64,000 bases of DNA from Minisyncoccota bacterium (lineage in GTDB: Bacteria > Patescibacteriota > Minisyncoccia > Phycocordibacterales > UBA9973): NCBI GenBank assembly GCA_031291825.1, contig JARLIG010000008.1:5674-69673 (forward strand), read 5' to 3'. Under the pieces are notes generated by a model. It saw only the letters and a program-made list of their open reading frames with translations. It was not told the origin of the DNA and ran no database searches. This document shows positions 17,161-26,939 of this stretch, in pieces (position 1 is the stretch's first letter; each line of letters begins with the position of its first letter). The position numbers and the translations under genes were made by a program.

Positions 17161-17476
17161 TATGCCAGAGCCAGAGTCAAATAAGCAAGAGCTGCAAAAA
17201 CACTCCATGCCCGTGAAGTGCGTGACATGTGGGAAAGAGGAAGGGTTCCTTTACGTTGACACTATGGGCAATGCAGCAGGAGATATTTTTTTATACCTGC
17301 GTTGTTCAAAATGCGACACAAAATTGGTCATTCCACACAACTCTGTCAAGACGGGTATCTACTGTACCGGTCGAGATATTCAGATGGCTTCGAAGCAGAA
17401 GATGCTAACTGCTAAGGTGACCGATGACTTCGCCACATTCATGCTTGCCATCGGCATGCCCAACTCCCAACAATAA
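17161..17476 (+). CDS. Small zinc-ribbon protein (CxxC...CxxC) in a GC-rich island
   Basis: CVTCGKEEG ... CSKCDTKL. The SD-like AAAGGGG sits upstream of the ATG at 17161. Confidence 0.5.
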
Positions 17477-17501
17477 ACAACCCCAGTTTACAGAGAGCCT
17501 C

Positions 17502-17538
17502 GAGGGAGCAAGATTCGTTCTGCTCCCTCACTTTTTTG
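17502..17538 (+). terminator. Rho-independent terminator
   Basis: Stem GAGGGAGCAAG...CTGCTCCCTC followed by ACTTTTTTG. Confidence 0.7.
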
Positions 17539-17590
17539 TCTAGTAAGAAATATGGTATGCTTAGAACGCTTTTACAGTTAGTAAAAACAG

Positions 17591-19333
17591 ATGAAAATTC
17601 TCTACAATTATTTAAAAAAATATTGGAAGCTTTGTTTTTTAGTATTAATTTTGGCGGCCGTTAATCAAACCTTTTCTTTATTAGACCCGCTGATTTTTCG
17701 GCACGTGATAGATGACTATGCGGTAAAGTTTGATGCGCTAACATTACGACAATTTGCAGAAGGGGTTCTCTTTTTACTCGGGCTTGCGGTCGGAGCAGCT
17801 TTTGTCTCGCGCACCGCCAAGAATTTTCAAGATTATTATTTAAATACGGTGACGCAACGGCTCGGAGCGAAAATTTACAATGATGGCATCGAACATTCGC
17901 TTGCTTTGCCGTATGAAGTCTTTGAAGACCAACGAAGTGGAGAAACGCTCGGCATTTTGCAAAATGTGCGTCTAGCGAATGAAACATTTATGACTTCGTT
18001 TATCAACGTACTTTTTGTTTCGTTGATTGGTTTTGCTTTTGTCACGGTTTATGCGCTTTATATTTTTTGGGGAGTGGCTTTGGTTTTTGCTTTAACTGTA
18101 CCGATTATTGGCATCGCTAGTTATGTACTAACCAGCAAAGTAAAAAAAATTCAAAAAATAATATTGAGTGAAACGACGGCGCTAGCTGGCTCGACGACAG
18201 AATCTTTGAGAAATATTGAACTCGTCAAAAGTCTAGGTTTGGTAGACCAAGAAATTTTACGTTTGAATACCACGACGGACAAAATTTTAAAACTTGAGTT
18301 GAAAAAGTTGCGATACATCAGGAGTGTCAGTTTTGTGCAGGGAACACTGATTAATTTTATGCGTACCTGTATTTTGGGTTTTCTTTTGTATTTGGTTTTC
18401 ATTCATCGGGTGACTTTCGGAGAATTTTTCTCGCTCTATATTTATTCATTTTTTATCTTTGGTCCATTGCAGGATTTGGGAACAGTTATCAATAATTATC
18501 GTGATGCGGAAGTGTCGCTCGGAAAATTTAAAGAGATAATGGATGCGCCAGTTGAACCCGTGCCAGCTATTGCCGAGGAAATTGGTAAAATAAAAGCCCT
18601 AGAGTTCAGAGATGTTTCTTTTCAATACAATAGCGCCAAGCAACCTGCGCTTGATGATGTTTCTTTTAAAGTGCAAGCGGGGGAGACGATTGCCTTTGTC
18701 GGTCCATCTGGCGCTGGTAAGACGAGCTTGTTAAAACTTTTGGTTGGTTTATATGAACCCAAAAAAGGAAGCGTCCTCTATAACAATATTTCTGGCAAAG
18801 ATGTAAATTTAAATGAATTACGTGCGCAGTTTGGATTTGTCACGCAAGACACGCAACTTTTCGCTGGTTCTATAAGAGAAAATTTGCTTTTTGTAAATCC
18901 CAATGCGACCGAAGCGGAATGTTTAGAAGCACTTCAAAAAAGCGCAGCGAACTCGTTGCTCGCTCGTGCTGATAAAGGCATGGATACCGTAATTGGCGAA
19001 GGCGGAGTGAAAGTTTCTGGCGGAGAAAAGCAAAGACTTTCTATTGCTCGTGCTCTCTTACGCAAGCCCTCAGTTTTAATTTTTGATGAAGCGACTTCTT
19101 CCCTTGATTCTATTACTGAAGAAGAAATAACTAAAACGATTCGCGATGTGACGACAGGAGCGACGCGTATCACCATCTTAATTGCGCACCGACTTTCGAC
19201 GATTATGCATGCCGACCGAATTTATGTTTTAGAAAAAGGATTCTTGGAGGAAGTCGGCACACACGCGGAATTACTTAATAAAAAAGGCTTATATTACGCT
19301 ATGTGGCGTCAGCAAATTGGAGAAAGGATTTAA
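17591..19333 (+). CDS. ABC transporter, fused permease/ATP-binding (type I exporter, MsbA-like)
   Basis: Six N-terminal TMs. Walker A GPSGAGKTS, signature VSGGEKQRLSIARAL and Walker B LIFDEATSSLD. Confidence 0.9.
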   Translation: MKILYNYLKKYWKLCFLVLILAAVNQTFSLLDPLIFRHVIDDYAVKFDALTLRQFAEGVLFLLGLAVGAAFVSRTAKNFQDYYLNTVTQRLGAKIYNDGIEHSLALPYEVFEDQRSGETLGILQNVRLANETFMTSFINVLFVSLIGFAFVTVYALYIFWGVALVFALTVPIIGIASYVLTSKVKKIQKIILSETTALAGSTTESLRNIELVKSLGLVDQEILRLNTTTDKILKLELKKLRYIRSVSFVQGTLINFMRTCILGFLLYLVFIHRVTFGEFFSLYIYSFFIFGPLQDLGTVINNYRDAEVSLGKFKEIMDAPVEPVPAIAEEIGKIKALEFRDVSFQYNSAKQPALDDVSFKVQAGETIAFVGPSGAGKTSLLKLLVGLYEPKKGSVLYNNISGKDVNLNELRAQFGFVTQDTQLFAGSIRENLLFVNPNATEAECLEALQKSAANSLLARADKGMDTVIGEGGVKVSGGEKQRLSIARALLRKPSVLIFDEATSSLDSITEEEITKTIRDVTTGATRITILIAHRLSTIMHADRIYVLEKGFLEEVGTHAELLNKKGLYYAMWRQQIGERI

Positions 19334-19397
19334 TTAAATTAATCTTTTCATTACAACTTCACTTGCATTTGATATAATCCAAATGATAATTTAAATT

Positions 19398-19694
19398 ATG
19401 TCCGCGAACAGAAAACAATCACAGCAGGGTTTTGTTCCAGTATTTATCATCGCAATTATTGTGGTGCTTCTTGGCGGTTTTACAATATACAATTTAGAAA
19501 AAAACAATACTGGTATAACGGTGCAAAATCAAACCGCGGCTTCGATACAGTCTACGGGAAATACGCTTTCAGTAAAAAACAATACCCAAACTAAACCAGC
19601 GGTTACAACTGCCAAAGCCATGACGACCAAAACCAAGGTCTACAAAAAAGCTAGACATACGACTGCTAGTGATGACAGGGACGATGACGACTAA
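19398..19694 (+). CDS. Small membrane-anchored hypothetical protein
   Basis: TM anchor, a T/S-rich region and an acidic C-terminal tail (DDRDDDD). Confidence 0.4.
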   Translation: MSANRKQSQQGFVPVFIIAIIVVLLGGFTIYNLEKNNTGITVQNQTAASIQSTGNTLSVKNNTQTKPAVTTAKAMTTKTKVYKKARHTTASDDRDDDD

Positions 19695-19724
19695 ACTCTG
19701 CTATAATGTGTTCGTTATCTATTT

Positions 19725-20306
19725 ATGAACTTATATATAGTTTATGTGCTCAATATTTTGATTATCGCCCTACCGTTAGCAATTTTTGAAATTGTCATTG
19801 AGAAAAGTCATGGATGGGGAAGCGGTTGGCACAAAGACAGTTGGCATACTAAGCAATTTTTACCGCACAATCGTCTGGTAATATTTTTAGTAAAAATATT
19901 CAAAATCCCTCAGCCACTAAATTATCATTTTCTAATTTTCATTATCATGATTCCGTTTGTTTTTGCGCTCGAATATTATTATTCGCCTTACAATGCGATG
20001 TTTTTCTTGGCGATTTTTCTTGGTGTTTTAGTTGCCGAAGATTTTTTATGGTTTTTGCTTAATTGGCATTTTGATTCGCGCAAGCAGTTGTTGAAAGGTC
20101 CAAACGGCTCTATCTGGTGGCACAAGAATTGGATAAAAATTTCTAAGAATTATTATTTGCCAGTTTGTTACTTTTCTGCCTTGGCGCTAAGTATAATTAT
20201 TTTCTTTATTGCTAAGAGTGATACGTATGCGAACATTTCAAACAAGGTGACCACAGAAGTTAAACAACCCTTGACTGCTATCCGAAGTAAAATAAGCACG
20301 AGATAA
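19725..20306 (+). CDS. Hypothetical integral membrane protein
   Basis: 193 aa with multiple hydrophobic helices. Confidence 0.5.
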   Translation: MNLYIVYVLNILIIALPLAIFEIVIEKSHGWGSGWHKDSWHTKQFLPHNRLVIFLVKIFKIPQPLNYHFLIFIIMIPFVFALEYYYSPYNAMFFLAIFLGVLVAEDFLWFLLNWHFDSRKQLLKGPNGSIWWHKNWIKISKNYYLPVCYFSALALSIIIFFIAKSDTYANISNKVTTEVKQPLTAIRSKISTR

Positions 20307-20324
20307 ATTTGTTATAATTGTAGT

Positions 20325-20642
20325 ATGCAAACTTTTAGTGAACGGGTAGTCAAAATAGCGCTGGATATTCCTAAAGGTCGAGTCACGACTTATGGTCGGA
20401 TTGCGCGTGCGGCGGGCGCGGGTCCGATGGCCTCGCAAAGTATTACCGCGATTTTAGGCAAAGCTTACGAGCAAGGCGAAAAAAATATTCCTTTTCATCG
20501 CATCGTTTATGCTGATGGAACAGTTTGGCTTTCTGATAAATATAAAAAGAAAAGATTGGCTTTATACAAAAAAGAGGGAATTAAACTAGACAAAAATAAT
20601 CGTATTGTAAATTTCCGCGATATTTTATTTGAGTTTAATTAG
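20325..20642 (+). CDS. MGMT-family DNA-binding domain protein (alkyltransferase-like; the active-site Cys is replaced by Phe)
   Basis: TYGRIARAAG...NIPFHRIV aligns to the Ogt/Ada C-domain motif PCHRV. The nucleophilic Cys is substituted, as in Atl proteins. Confidence 0.65.
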   Translation: MQTFSERVVKIALDIPKGRVTTYGRIARAAGAGPMASQSITAILGKAYEQGEKNIPFHRIVYADGTVWLSDKYKKKRLALYKKEGIKLDKNNRIVNFRDILFEFN

Positions 20643-20651
20643 AAAGAAGTC

Positions 20652-21239
20652 TTATTCTTTTTCTAGAACTTCTATAATTTCTTCTGTGCTGCGTACCAAG
20701 CCAAGTCTTGGCAATATTTTTCCGACAGTGTGTTCGTGTTCTTCTTTAGACATGGCAGACATAGCATCTTCGGCAAAAATTTGATTGTATCCGTATTCAT
20801 AAGCGAATCGAGCGGTGCTCTCTACTCCCATGTGTGTGGCGATTCCACACAAGACAATTGTGTCTATTTTTCTGCGTCGTAACTGCAGTTCAAGTTCGGT
20901 TCCATAAAATGCTCCCCATTGTTTTTTGATGATAATTACTGCATTTCTTTCAGGCGAGAGTTCTGGAACTATTTCTGCCCAATCATCGGGCATCTGTCTG
21001 CTGCTATTCCAAGTGACGTCCGTTATTAGATTTAATCTTTCCTTGGGATCGGATCCAAAAGTAACTCTCACTAAAAAAATAGGCATATTATTTTTACGGA
21101 ATATCTTTAATAGTTGCGCAGTTTTTTCAATCACATCTTTGGCTGAATGTGGATATGTTTCTCCCGAAGTAATGCCTTTTTGTAAATCAATCACGACGAT
21201 GGCAGTTTTTATTTTATCAATAGTGAATGGCGTTTTCAT
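20652..21239 (-). CDS. Isochorismatase-family cysteine hydrolase
   Basis: TAIVVIDLQKG ... IDTIVLCGIATHMGVESTARFA shows the catalytic Asp, Lys and Cys pattern. Confidence 0.8.
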   Translation of the reverse strand: MKTPFTIDKIKTAIVVIDLQKGITSGETYPHSAKDVIEKTAQLLKIFRKNNMPIFLVRVTFGSDPKERLNLITDVTWNSSRQMPDDWAEIVPELSPERNAVIIIKKQWGAFYGTELELQLRRRKIDTIVLCGIATHMGVESTARFAYEYGYNQIFAEDAMSAMSKEEHEHTVGKILPRLGLVRSTEEIIEVLEKE

Positions 21240-21459
21240 AAATTTTATTTTTTAAGCAAGTAAATGTCTTTTAATATTTCAAGACCATGATGTTCAGGGT
21301 CTACTTTCGGATAAACTTTTTGTATCATACCATCTGGACCGACGAGATAGGAGATTCTTTTGTTGAAAAGTTCATATGTTTTTTATTTCAAGAATATTTA
21401 AAGTATAGCATACTAAAGCAATTGACATTTTGACTAAAATGTAGTAACGTATTTTTCAT

Positions 21460-22323
21460 ATGATTAAAAAGATAACAAGGGGCCATGTTTTCCCAAAAAT
21501 AAACAATTATTATAACTTATTATTAGCTGTAATCATGGTTTTAGTTACTGGAAGTATCTTTATTGGCACTGTTAAAGTCTTTGCGGACAGTACATCTCCA
21601 GTTGGCGATGTACAATTGTCTTCGGCTATCAATATAGTTTCTCCAAATGGAGGTGAGCAATGGGGAGCCGGAAGCACTTATTCGATTACTTGGATTGATA
21701 CAAGTCCTATATCAATGATTTGCAATGTCGGTGTCTCTCCTTGCGGTCTTGTCCAGAAATACGATATTTCTTACACTCCAGTCGGAGCGACAACCCAAAA
21801 TATTACTACAGCTGTTTCTGGAACTTCATATAATTGGACAATTCCAAGCAGTCAAGCAATTGGTTCTTATTCCATAAAGGTTTGTAAAACTGGTACCACC
21901 ACCTGCTCTACTAGTAACAGTTTTAGTATTGTCGCTGCTGGAAATGGGACTGTTTCAAGTTCTCCCCAAGGAGGCGGTGGTGGACAACTTTACTATCCTG
22001 TGACTGTTGCTCCAACTCCAACAACACCTACGACACCAGTAACCCCAACAACACCTCCAACTCCAGTTCCACAGGTTCTTGCCGCAGAAAAGTTTCACTT
22101 TACACTTTATCTTATGATGGGTATTCCATATAAAATGCCCGCACAGGTTAATGAAGTGACAGAACTTCAAAAATTCTTAAATGTTGCTGGATATTATCCT
22201 GGACCAATCGATGGAAAATTTAGTGCAACCTTGAAGGCAGCAGTCGTTGAATTCCAACTTGCTAATAATTTAGTCGGGGATGGAATTATCGGGCCATTAA
22301 CTCGCGCAGCGCTAAATAAATAA
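21460..22323 (+). CDS. Secreted protein with a C-terminal peptidoglycan-binding domain
   Basis: Signal anchor and an SPQGGGGGQLY motif, a PT-rich linker, and the C-terminal LQKFLNVAGYYPGPIDGKFSATLKAAVVEFQLANNLVGDGIIGPLTRAAL (PG_binding_1-like). Confidence 0.65.
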   Translation: MIKKITRGHVFPKINNYYNLLLAVIMVLVTGSIFIGTVKVFADSTSPVGDVQLSSAINIVSPNGGEQWGAGSTYSITWIDTSPISMICNVGVSPCGLVQKYDISYTPVGATTQNITTAVSGTSYNWTIPSSQAIGSYSIKVCKTGTTTCSTSNSFSIVAAGNGTVSSSPQGGGGGQLYYPVTVAPTPTTPTTPVTPTTPPTPVPQVLAAEKFHFTLYLMMGIPYKMPAQVNEVTELQKFLNVAGYYPGPIDGKFSATLKAAVVEFQLANNLVGDGIIGPLTRAALNK

Positions 22324-22342
22324 TATTGTTATAATAGAAACC

Positions 22343-23314
22343 ATGACTTCTTGGCTTAAAAAAATTTTTATACCAAACGTAGCAAATGAGAACTGCCCTT
22401 ATATATTAAGGAGTGAAAGCACTAAGAATATTATTGCAATTGTTATCTTTTTAGAGATTTTTACTTTTCTCATACCAGTTTTTACTCATCTCAATATGTC
22501 GGGAAACATGGCGACTGTTCTGCCAGGTATATTAGCTGATTTGACCAACCAAGAACGTCAAGATCAAAATCTTCCAGCTCTGATTGTCAGTCCATTGTTG
22601 AATGAAGCAGCACAAATGAAAGCCAACGATATGGCAGAAAATAGTTATTTTGCGCACACGAGTCCAGATGGTAAAACGCCATGGTATTGGCTTACACAAG
22701 TTGGATACAACTATCAATACGCTGGAGAAAATTTAGCTATTAATTTCAGTGATTCGCAGGATGTCGCAAATGCTTGGATGGCAAGTCCGGCTCATCGAGC
22801 TAATATTGTAAAAGGTAATTATACCGAAGTTGGGACTGGTGTGGCCACAGGCGTGTATCAAGGGCAGGAGACAACTTTTGTTGTTCAAGATTATGCGAAT
22901 CCTTTGCCCCCAGTTGTGGCAGAGACTACACCTGCACCCATAAAAACAGGAACAAAAACTACTAGTAATGTAGTGGTAAAACCAGCGACAAATGTTTTAG
23001 GAGCGGAAACTTTATCGACTCCAACCATAGTTGTAATTTCAGTATCTAATCCGACTTTTTGGCAAAAATTAATTGCTTCACCACGTAATACCACAAACAT
23101 TATTCTTGACACATTCTTTCTGTTGGTGCTGATTTCCTTAATTTTATATTTCTTTACAAAAATAAGAAATCACAATTTTGGTTTAATCACAAATGGCTTA
23201 ATGTCTCTCGTGGTTATCGGAGCTATTTTCTCTTTTAATTACTATGCTAGTTATCACAACATGGTTATTACTCAAAGTTTAGATTATAGATCAGTGGCTG
23301 TTTCTAGTTTGTAG
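22343..23314 (+). CDS. CAP-domain (SCP/PR-1/YkwD-like) protein with a C-terminal membrane anchor
   Basis: LTNQERQ...LNEAAQMKANDMAENSYFAHTSPDG...ENLA...AWMASPAHRANIV matches CAP-domain signatures. Confidence 0.75.
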   Translation: MTSWLKKIFIPNVANENCPYILRSESTKNIIAIVIFLEIFTFLIPVFTHLNMSGNMATVLPGILADLTNQERQDQNLPALIVSPLLNEAAQMKANDMAENSYFAHTSPDGKTPWYWLTQVGYNYQYAGENLAINFSDSQDVANAWMASPAHRANIVKGNYTEVGTGVATGVYQGQETTFVVQDYANPLPPVVAETTPAPIKTGTKTTSNVVVKPATNVLGAETLSTPTIVVISVSNPTFWQKLIASPRNTTNIILDTFFLLVLISLILYFFTKIRNHNFGLITNGLMSLVVIGAIFSFNYYASYHNMVITQSLDYRSVAVSSL

Positions 23315-24002
23315 TCTGTTGTGTCGTGACTGTAACCGTATAGTCTTGTATTGAGCCATCTTGCGCGGTGACGGTATAAATGACGGGATTAGTAAAGTCT
23401 TGTGCTGTGCCAGAATTTGGATAAATAGTTGCATTGTCAGAGATATCGACAGTTGGAGTTAGTGTAGTTAAATCTGTTCCAGCAGGAACCACGAGATTTA
23501 CTTGATATCCAGTGTTGTCGACTGAGCCATATACTTCTGGACTTAATCCTGCAAACGTAAAGGAGTTTATTAACTTATCTGAACTCAAGGTGGTTGTAGT
23601 TGGCTGGTCGGTAGACACAGTGGCTGTGTAACTTTGCGTGGAGCCATCTTCTGCTGTGACTGTATAAATTACGGGATTAGTAAAGTCTTGCGCGATATCC
23701 GAAGCTGGAGAGATGGTTGCGCCGTCAGACACAGAAATAGTTGGGATAAGTTTTGTTAGGTCCGTACCAGTTGGCACCACTAGATTGACTACATAATTAG
23801 TGTTATCAACAGCTCCATCTTCTTCTGGATTTAATCCAGAAAAAATAAAGGAGTTGATTAATTTATCAGAACTTTTTACTGTGCTTGTATTTATTGCAAT
23901 GCTTGTAGTCACAGTACTGGTCGTGCTTAAATACCAGATTCCCAAAGCCACAAAGACTACAACAATTATTGAAACATATAAGATTTTTAAACGTTTTGTC
24001 AT
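23304..24002 (-). CDS. Secreted protein with two tandem ~95-aa Ig-like repeats
   Basis: Near-identical repeats: SDKLINSF.F.GL.PE..G.VDNT.Y.VNLVVP.GTDLT.L.PT...SD.ATI.P.S..AQDFTNPVIYTVTA.DGS.Q.YT.TV. Confidence 0.6.
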   Translation of the reverse strand: MTKRLKILYVSIIVVVFVALGIWYLSTTSTVTTSIAINTSTVKSSDKLINSFIFSGLNPEEDGAVDNTNYVVNLVVPTGTDLTKLIPTISVSDGATISPASDIAQDFTNPVIYTVTAEDGSTQSYTATVSTDQPTTTTLSSDKLINSFTFAGLSPEVYGSVDNTGYQVNLVVPAGTDLTTLTPTVDISDNATIYPNSGTAQDFTNPVIYTVTAQDGSIQDYTVTVTTQQTTN

Positions 24003-24089
24003 AGTAGTTTATACGTATTTATTTACTGTCTTGGTTCAATTATCATAATTAGGATTATCAGCTCCAGCAATAAATGTTATAATTATATT

Positions 24090-25181
24090 ATGTCTTTTTT
24101 TGAAATTACTCGCAACTGGTATGGACGTTTTGAACGCCCAATTTCTTCTTTGTCCTTGATTGCGGGCTTCGTTTTTGATGCGTTGACCTTAAAAAGAGTA
24201 GATACATTATGGGAGAATTGTTGGATTATTGCGCATTTGATCATCGTGGGAGTTTTTATCGCCTTGATTCATCTGAAGAAAAATGAAGTGGGTGATGAAA
24301 AAAATCCCAGCAAGGCGCATTTTTGGTTTGTAAATATTTTGCAGTTCTTTTTTGGAGGACTGCTTTCAACTTTCTTGGTATTTTATTTCCGTAGCGCGGA
24401 TATCTTTGTTACTTGGCCGTTTATTTTATTATTAGCTTTGGCTTTTATTGCTAACGAATCTTTGAAACGTCATTATATTCGGTTTAGTTTTCAAATCAGT
24501 TTGTTCTTTCTTTCAGTTTATTCTTTTTCAATTTTTTTATTGCCCGTAATTTTACACCAAATCGGTCCACGAATATTTTTACTTTCCGGATTAGTTAGTT
24601 TGATTTTCATTACATTATTTGTTTTTGTTATATTTATTTTTATCCGAGATAGATTTAATGAGAGTAAAAAATTAATTTTCTTTTTGATTTTGGGCATATT
24701 TTTGATGGTCAATTTTTTGTATTTTACAAATTTGATTCCACCGATTCCGCTTTCTCTCAAAGATGGAGGTATTTACCATAGTCTAATCAAAGACGTGGAT
24801 GGGAATTACGATGTTTCCTATGAGGATTATGGTTGGAAGGGATATTTCCAAATGTATCCAAATTTTAGTGAAGTGGCCGGCGCTCCTGTGTATGCTTATA
24901 GTGCTGTTTTTTCTCCAACTAATTTAAATATTACGATTATTCATCAGTGGCAATATTATGATGATGCTCAGGGTAAATGGATTACTGACTTTACGATAAA
25001 CCTTCCAGTGGTCGGAGGACGGGGGGGTGGATTTAGGACTTATTCCGAAGACTCAAATCCAACGCCGGGGCATTGGCGGGTAAATATCATGACCACACAA
25101 GGGCAAATTATTGGTCGTTTGCGTTTCAATATTTTACCAGTCTTCACTCTACCATCATTTTCTTATGCTATAAAGCAATAA
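24090..25181 (+). CDS. Hypothetical polytopic membrane protein with a C-terminal extracellular domain
   Basis: 363 aa, at least seven TMs, and a soluble C-terminal ~130 aa. Confidence 0.5.
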   Translation: MSFFEITRNWYGRFERPISSLSLIAGFVFDALTLKRVDTLWENCWIIAHLIIVGVFIALIHLKKNEVGDEKNPSKAHFWFVNILQFFFGGLLSTFLVFYFRSADIFVTWPFILLLALAFIANESLKRHYIRFSFQISLFFLSVYSFSIFLLPVILHQIGPRIFLLSGLVSLIFITLFVFVIFIFIRDRFNESKKLIFFLILGIFLMVNFLYFTNLIPPIPLSLKDGGIYHSLIKDVDGNYDVSYEDYGWKGYFQMYPNFSEVAGAPVYAYSAVFSPTNLNITIIHQWQYYDDAQGKWITDFTINLPVVGGRGGGFRTYSEDSNPTPGHWRVNIMTTQGQIIGRLRFNILPVFTLPSFSYAIKQ

Positions 25182-25233
25182 GTTAAGCACCAATGTCTTT
25201 GTAATATTTAAAATCTTTAGTAAGATAGAATAT

Positions 25234-25797
25234 ATGATGGAAAAATTAAAATTTGCGTTATTTTCAATTGTTGTTTTAGCCCTAGTTGGAATTTTGGGAT
25301 ATTGGGCGGTTGCGACTATCAAATCGGGAAGTGAATTTGCCGCGACCCAAAAAATCGGAGAATTGCAACAACAAAACGAAGATTTAACCAAACAAATTGC
25401 TGACCTGACACAGCAACTTAACAATTCAGAGGCTCAGGTAGTAAGTCTGACACCAGCGCTGACGCAAACCGTCACTCCATCTACAACGCCCAATACATCG
25501 ACAAAAACTTCTACTAAGACAACTACTTATAAAAATCAAACACTCATAAATCAACTACAGCAACTTATTACGGATAACATCAACATGAAATTAAATTCGA
25601 CTGGCACTAGAGTCGGCACGGTGCAAACTTTCTTAAATCTTTACAACAATACTTCTAATAAGGTTGATAATGACTATGGAGCCAGTACCGTAAAAGCAAT
25701 TTCTGCTTTTCAAAAAGCTCAAGGTTTGACGGCCGATGGACAAGCTGGTGCTAGTACTTTTAATAAAATGATTAGTTGGCTCCAAAAACAGGGTTAG
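25234..25797 (+). CDS. Membrane-anchored coiled-coil protein with a C-terminal peptidoglycan-binding-like domain
   Basis: TM, then a coiled-coil (QQQNEDLTKQIADLTQQLNNSEAQ), then VQTFLNLYNN...YGASTVKAISAFQKAQGLTADGQAGASTFNKM. Confidence 0.55.
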   Translation: MMEKLKFALFSIVVLALVGILGYWAVATIKSGSEFAATQKIGELQQQNEDLTKQIADLTQQLNNSEAQVVSLTPALTQTVTPSTTPNTSTKTSTKTTTYKNQTLINQLQQLITDNINMKLNSTGTRVGTVQTFLNLYNNTSNKVDNDYGASTVKAISAFQKAQGLTADGQAGASTFNKMISWLQKQG

Positions 25798-25802
25798 TTT
25801 AA

Positions 25803-26912
25803 ATGATAGAATTTGCAAAAAAATATAAATTAATAATATTTAGTTGCTTAGGCGTTTTGATTATCGTTAGCGTTTTTGTTTTTTTCTTTACAAAGAAGCC
25901 AATAGTTAAAAAAACAACACCAATTGCCATAGTGACGACTCCGACTGCACCAGTTGTTACCACTACAAAACCAAACACTCCTGTAACTACCACATCCGTA
26001 AAACCAGTTCCACCACCTCCACCACCAGTAGGCACAGATAGATTTATTGTTTCTTTGACTGATACGCCAGATACTATCTCAGCTAATTTATTGAGTGGGG
26101 GATACATCGCTGACGCTACGGCTTTTTCTAATTTAATCGGCACAAAAATAATTTCACCAGGTGGTTATAAAATTTCGCAAGGCTGGACCACTGCGCAAAT
26201 GTTACAAGTGCTTTCCGGTAAACCATATATGAAATGGGTTTTGATTCCTCCGGGACTACGCAAAGAAGAAATCGCTGCACTGCTCGCTTCTACTTTGGGC
26301 TGGACTAAAAAACAAACCACTTATTTTATTACCAAAGACACGACCACCAAGCCGGAATATGTTGAAGGTGTTTACGCGCCAGATACTTATTTGATTCCAG
26401 TCGCAGAGACCACTACGCAAGTTACCACTAGATTGATTAATCAATTTAATCAAAATTTTTCTCCTTATCTTCCGCAATTTACCGCTAAAGATGTTAAGTG
26501 GACTTCGGCATTAACCCTTGCATCCATTGTGCAGCGTGAAGCGGCCAATGCAGCCGATATGCCACTCATCGCGGGAATTCTTTGGAACCGATTAAATCAA
26601 GGCATGCAGCTGGATGTAGATTCAACTTTGCAATACGCACGTGGAAATACAGGGAGTGGCTGGTGGGCGCCGATTACGGTGGCGGATAAAAAAATCGATT
26701 CTCCTTACAATACGTATATCCATACTGGTTTGCCTCCGCATCCGATTTCAAATCCAAGCATTGATGCGATTTCTGCAGTTCTAAATCCAGCCACCACAGA
26801 CTGCATATATTATTTACATGATAATAACCACATCACACACTGCTCGGTCACTTATGCCGAACAAGAAGCGAATGTGCAAAAATATCTTATAACTCCCCCT
26901 ACAACCAACTAA
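25803..26912 (+). CDS. mltG: Endolytic murein transglycosylase MltG (YceG family)
   Basis: N-terminal TM. YceG core LQYARGNTGSGWWAPITVADKKIDSPYNTYIHTGLPPHPISNPSIDAISAVLNP...YYLHD...HCSVTYAEQEANVQKY. Confidence 0.85.
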   Translation: MIEFAKKYKLIIFSCLGVLIIVSVFVFFFTKKPIVKKTTPIAIVTTPTAPVVTTTKPNTPVTTTSVKPVPPPPPPVGTDRFIVSLTDTPDTISANLLSGGYIADATAFSNLIGTKIISPGGYKISQGWTTAQMLQVLSGKPYMKWVLIPPGLRKEEIAALLASTLGWTKKQTTYFITKDTTTKPEYVEGVYAPDTYLIPVAETTTQVTTRLINQFNQNFSPYLPQFTAKDVKWTSALTLASIVQREAANAADMPLIAGILWNRLNQGMQLDVDSTLQYARGNTGSGWWAPITVADKKIDSPYNTYIHTGLPPHPISNPSIDAISAVLNPATTDCIYYLHDNNHITHCSVTYAEQEANVQKYLITPPTTN

Positions 26913-26939
26913 ATTTGCGCTTAAATAGAAATTTATTAA

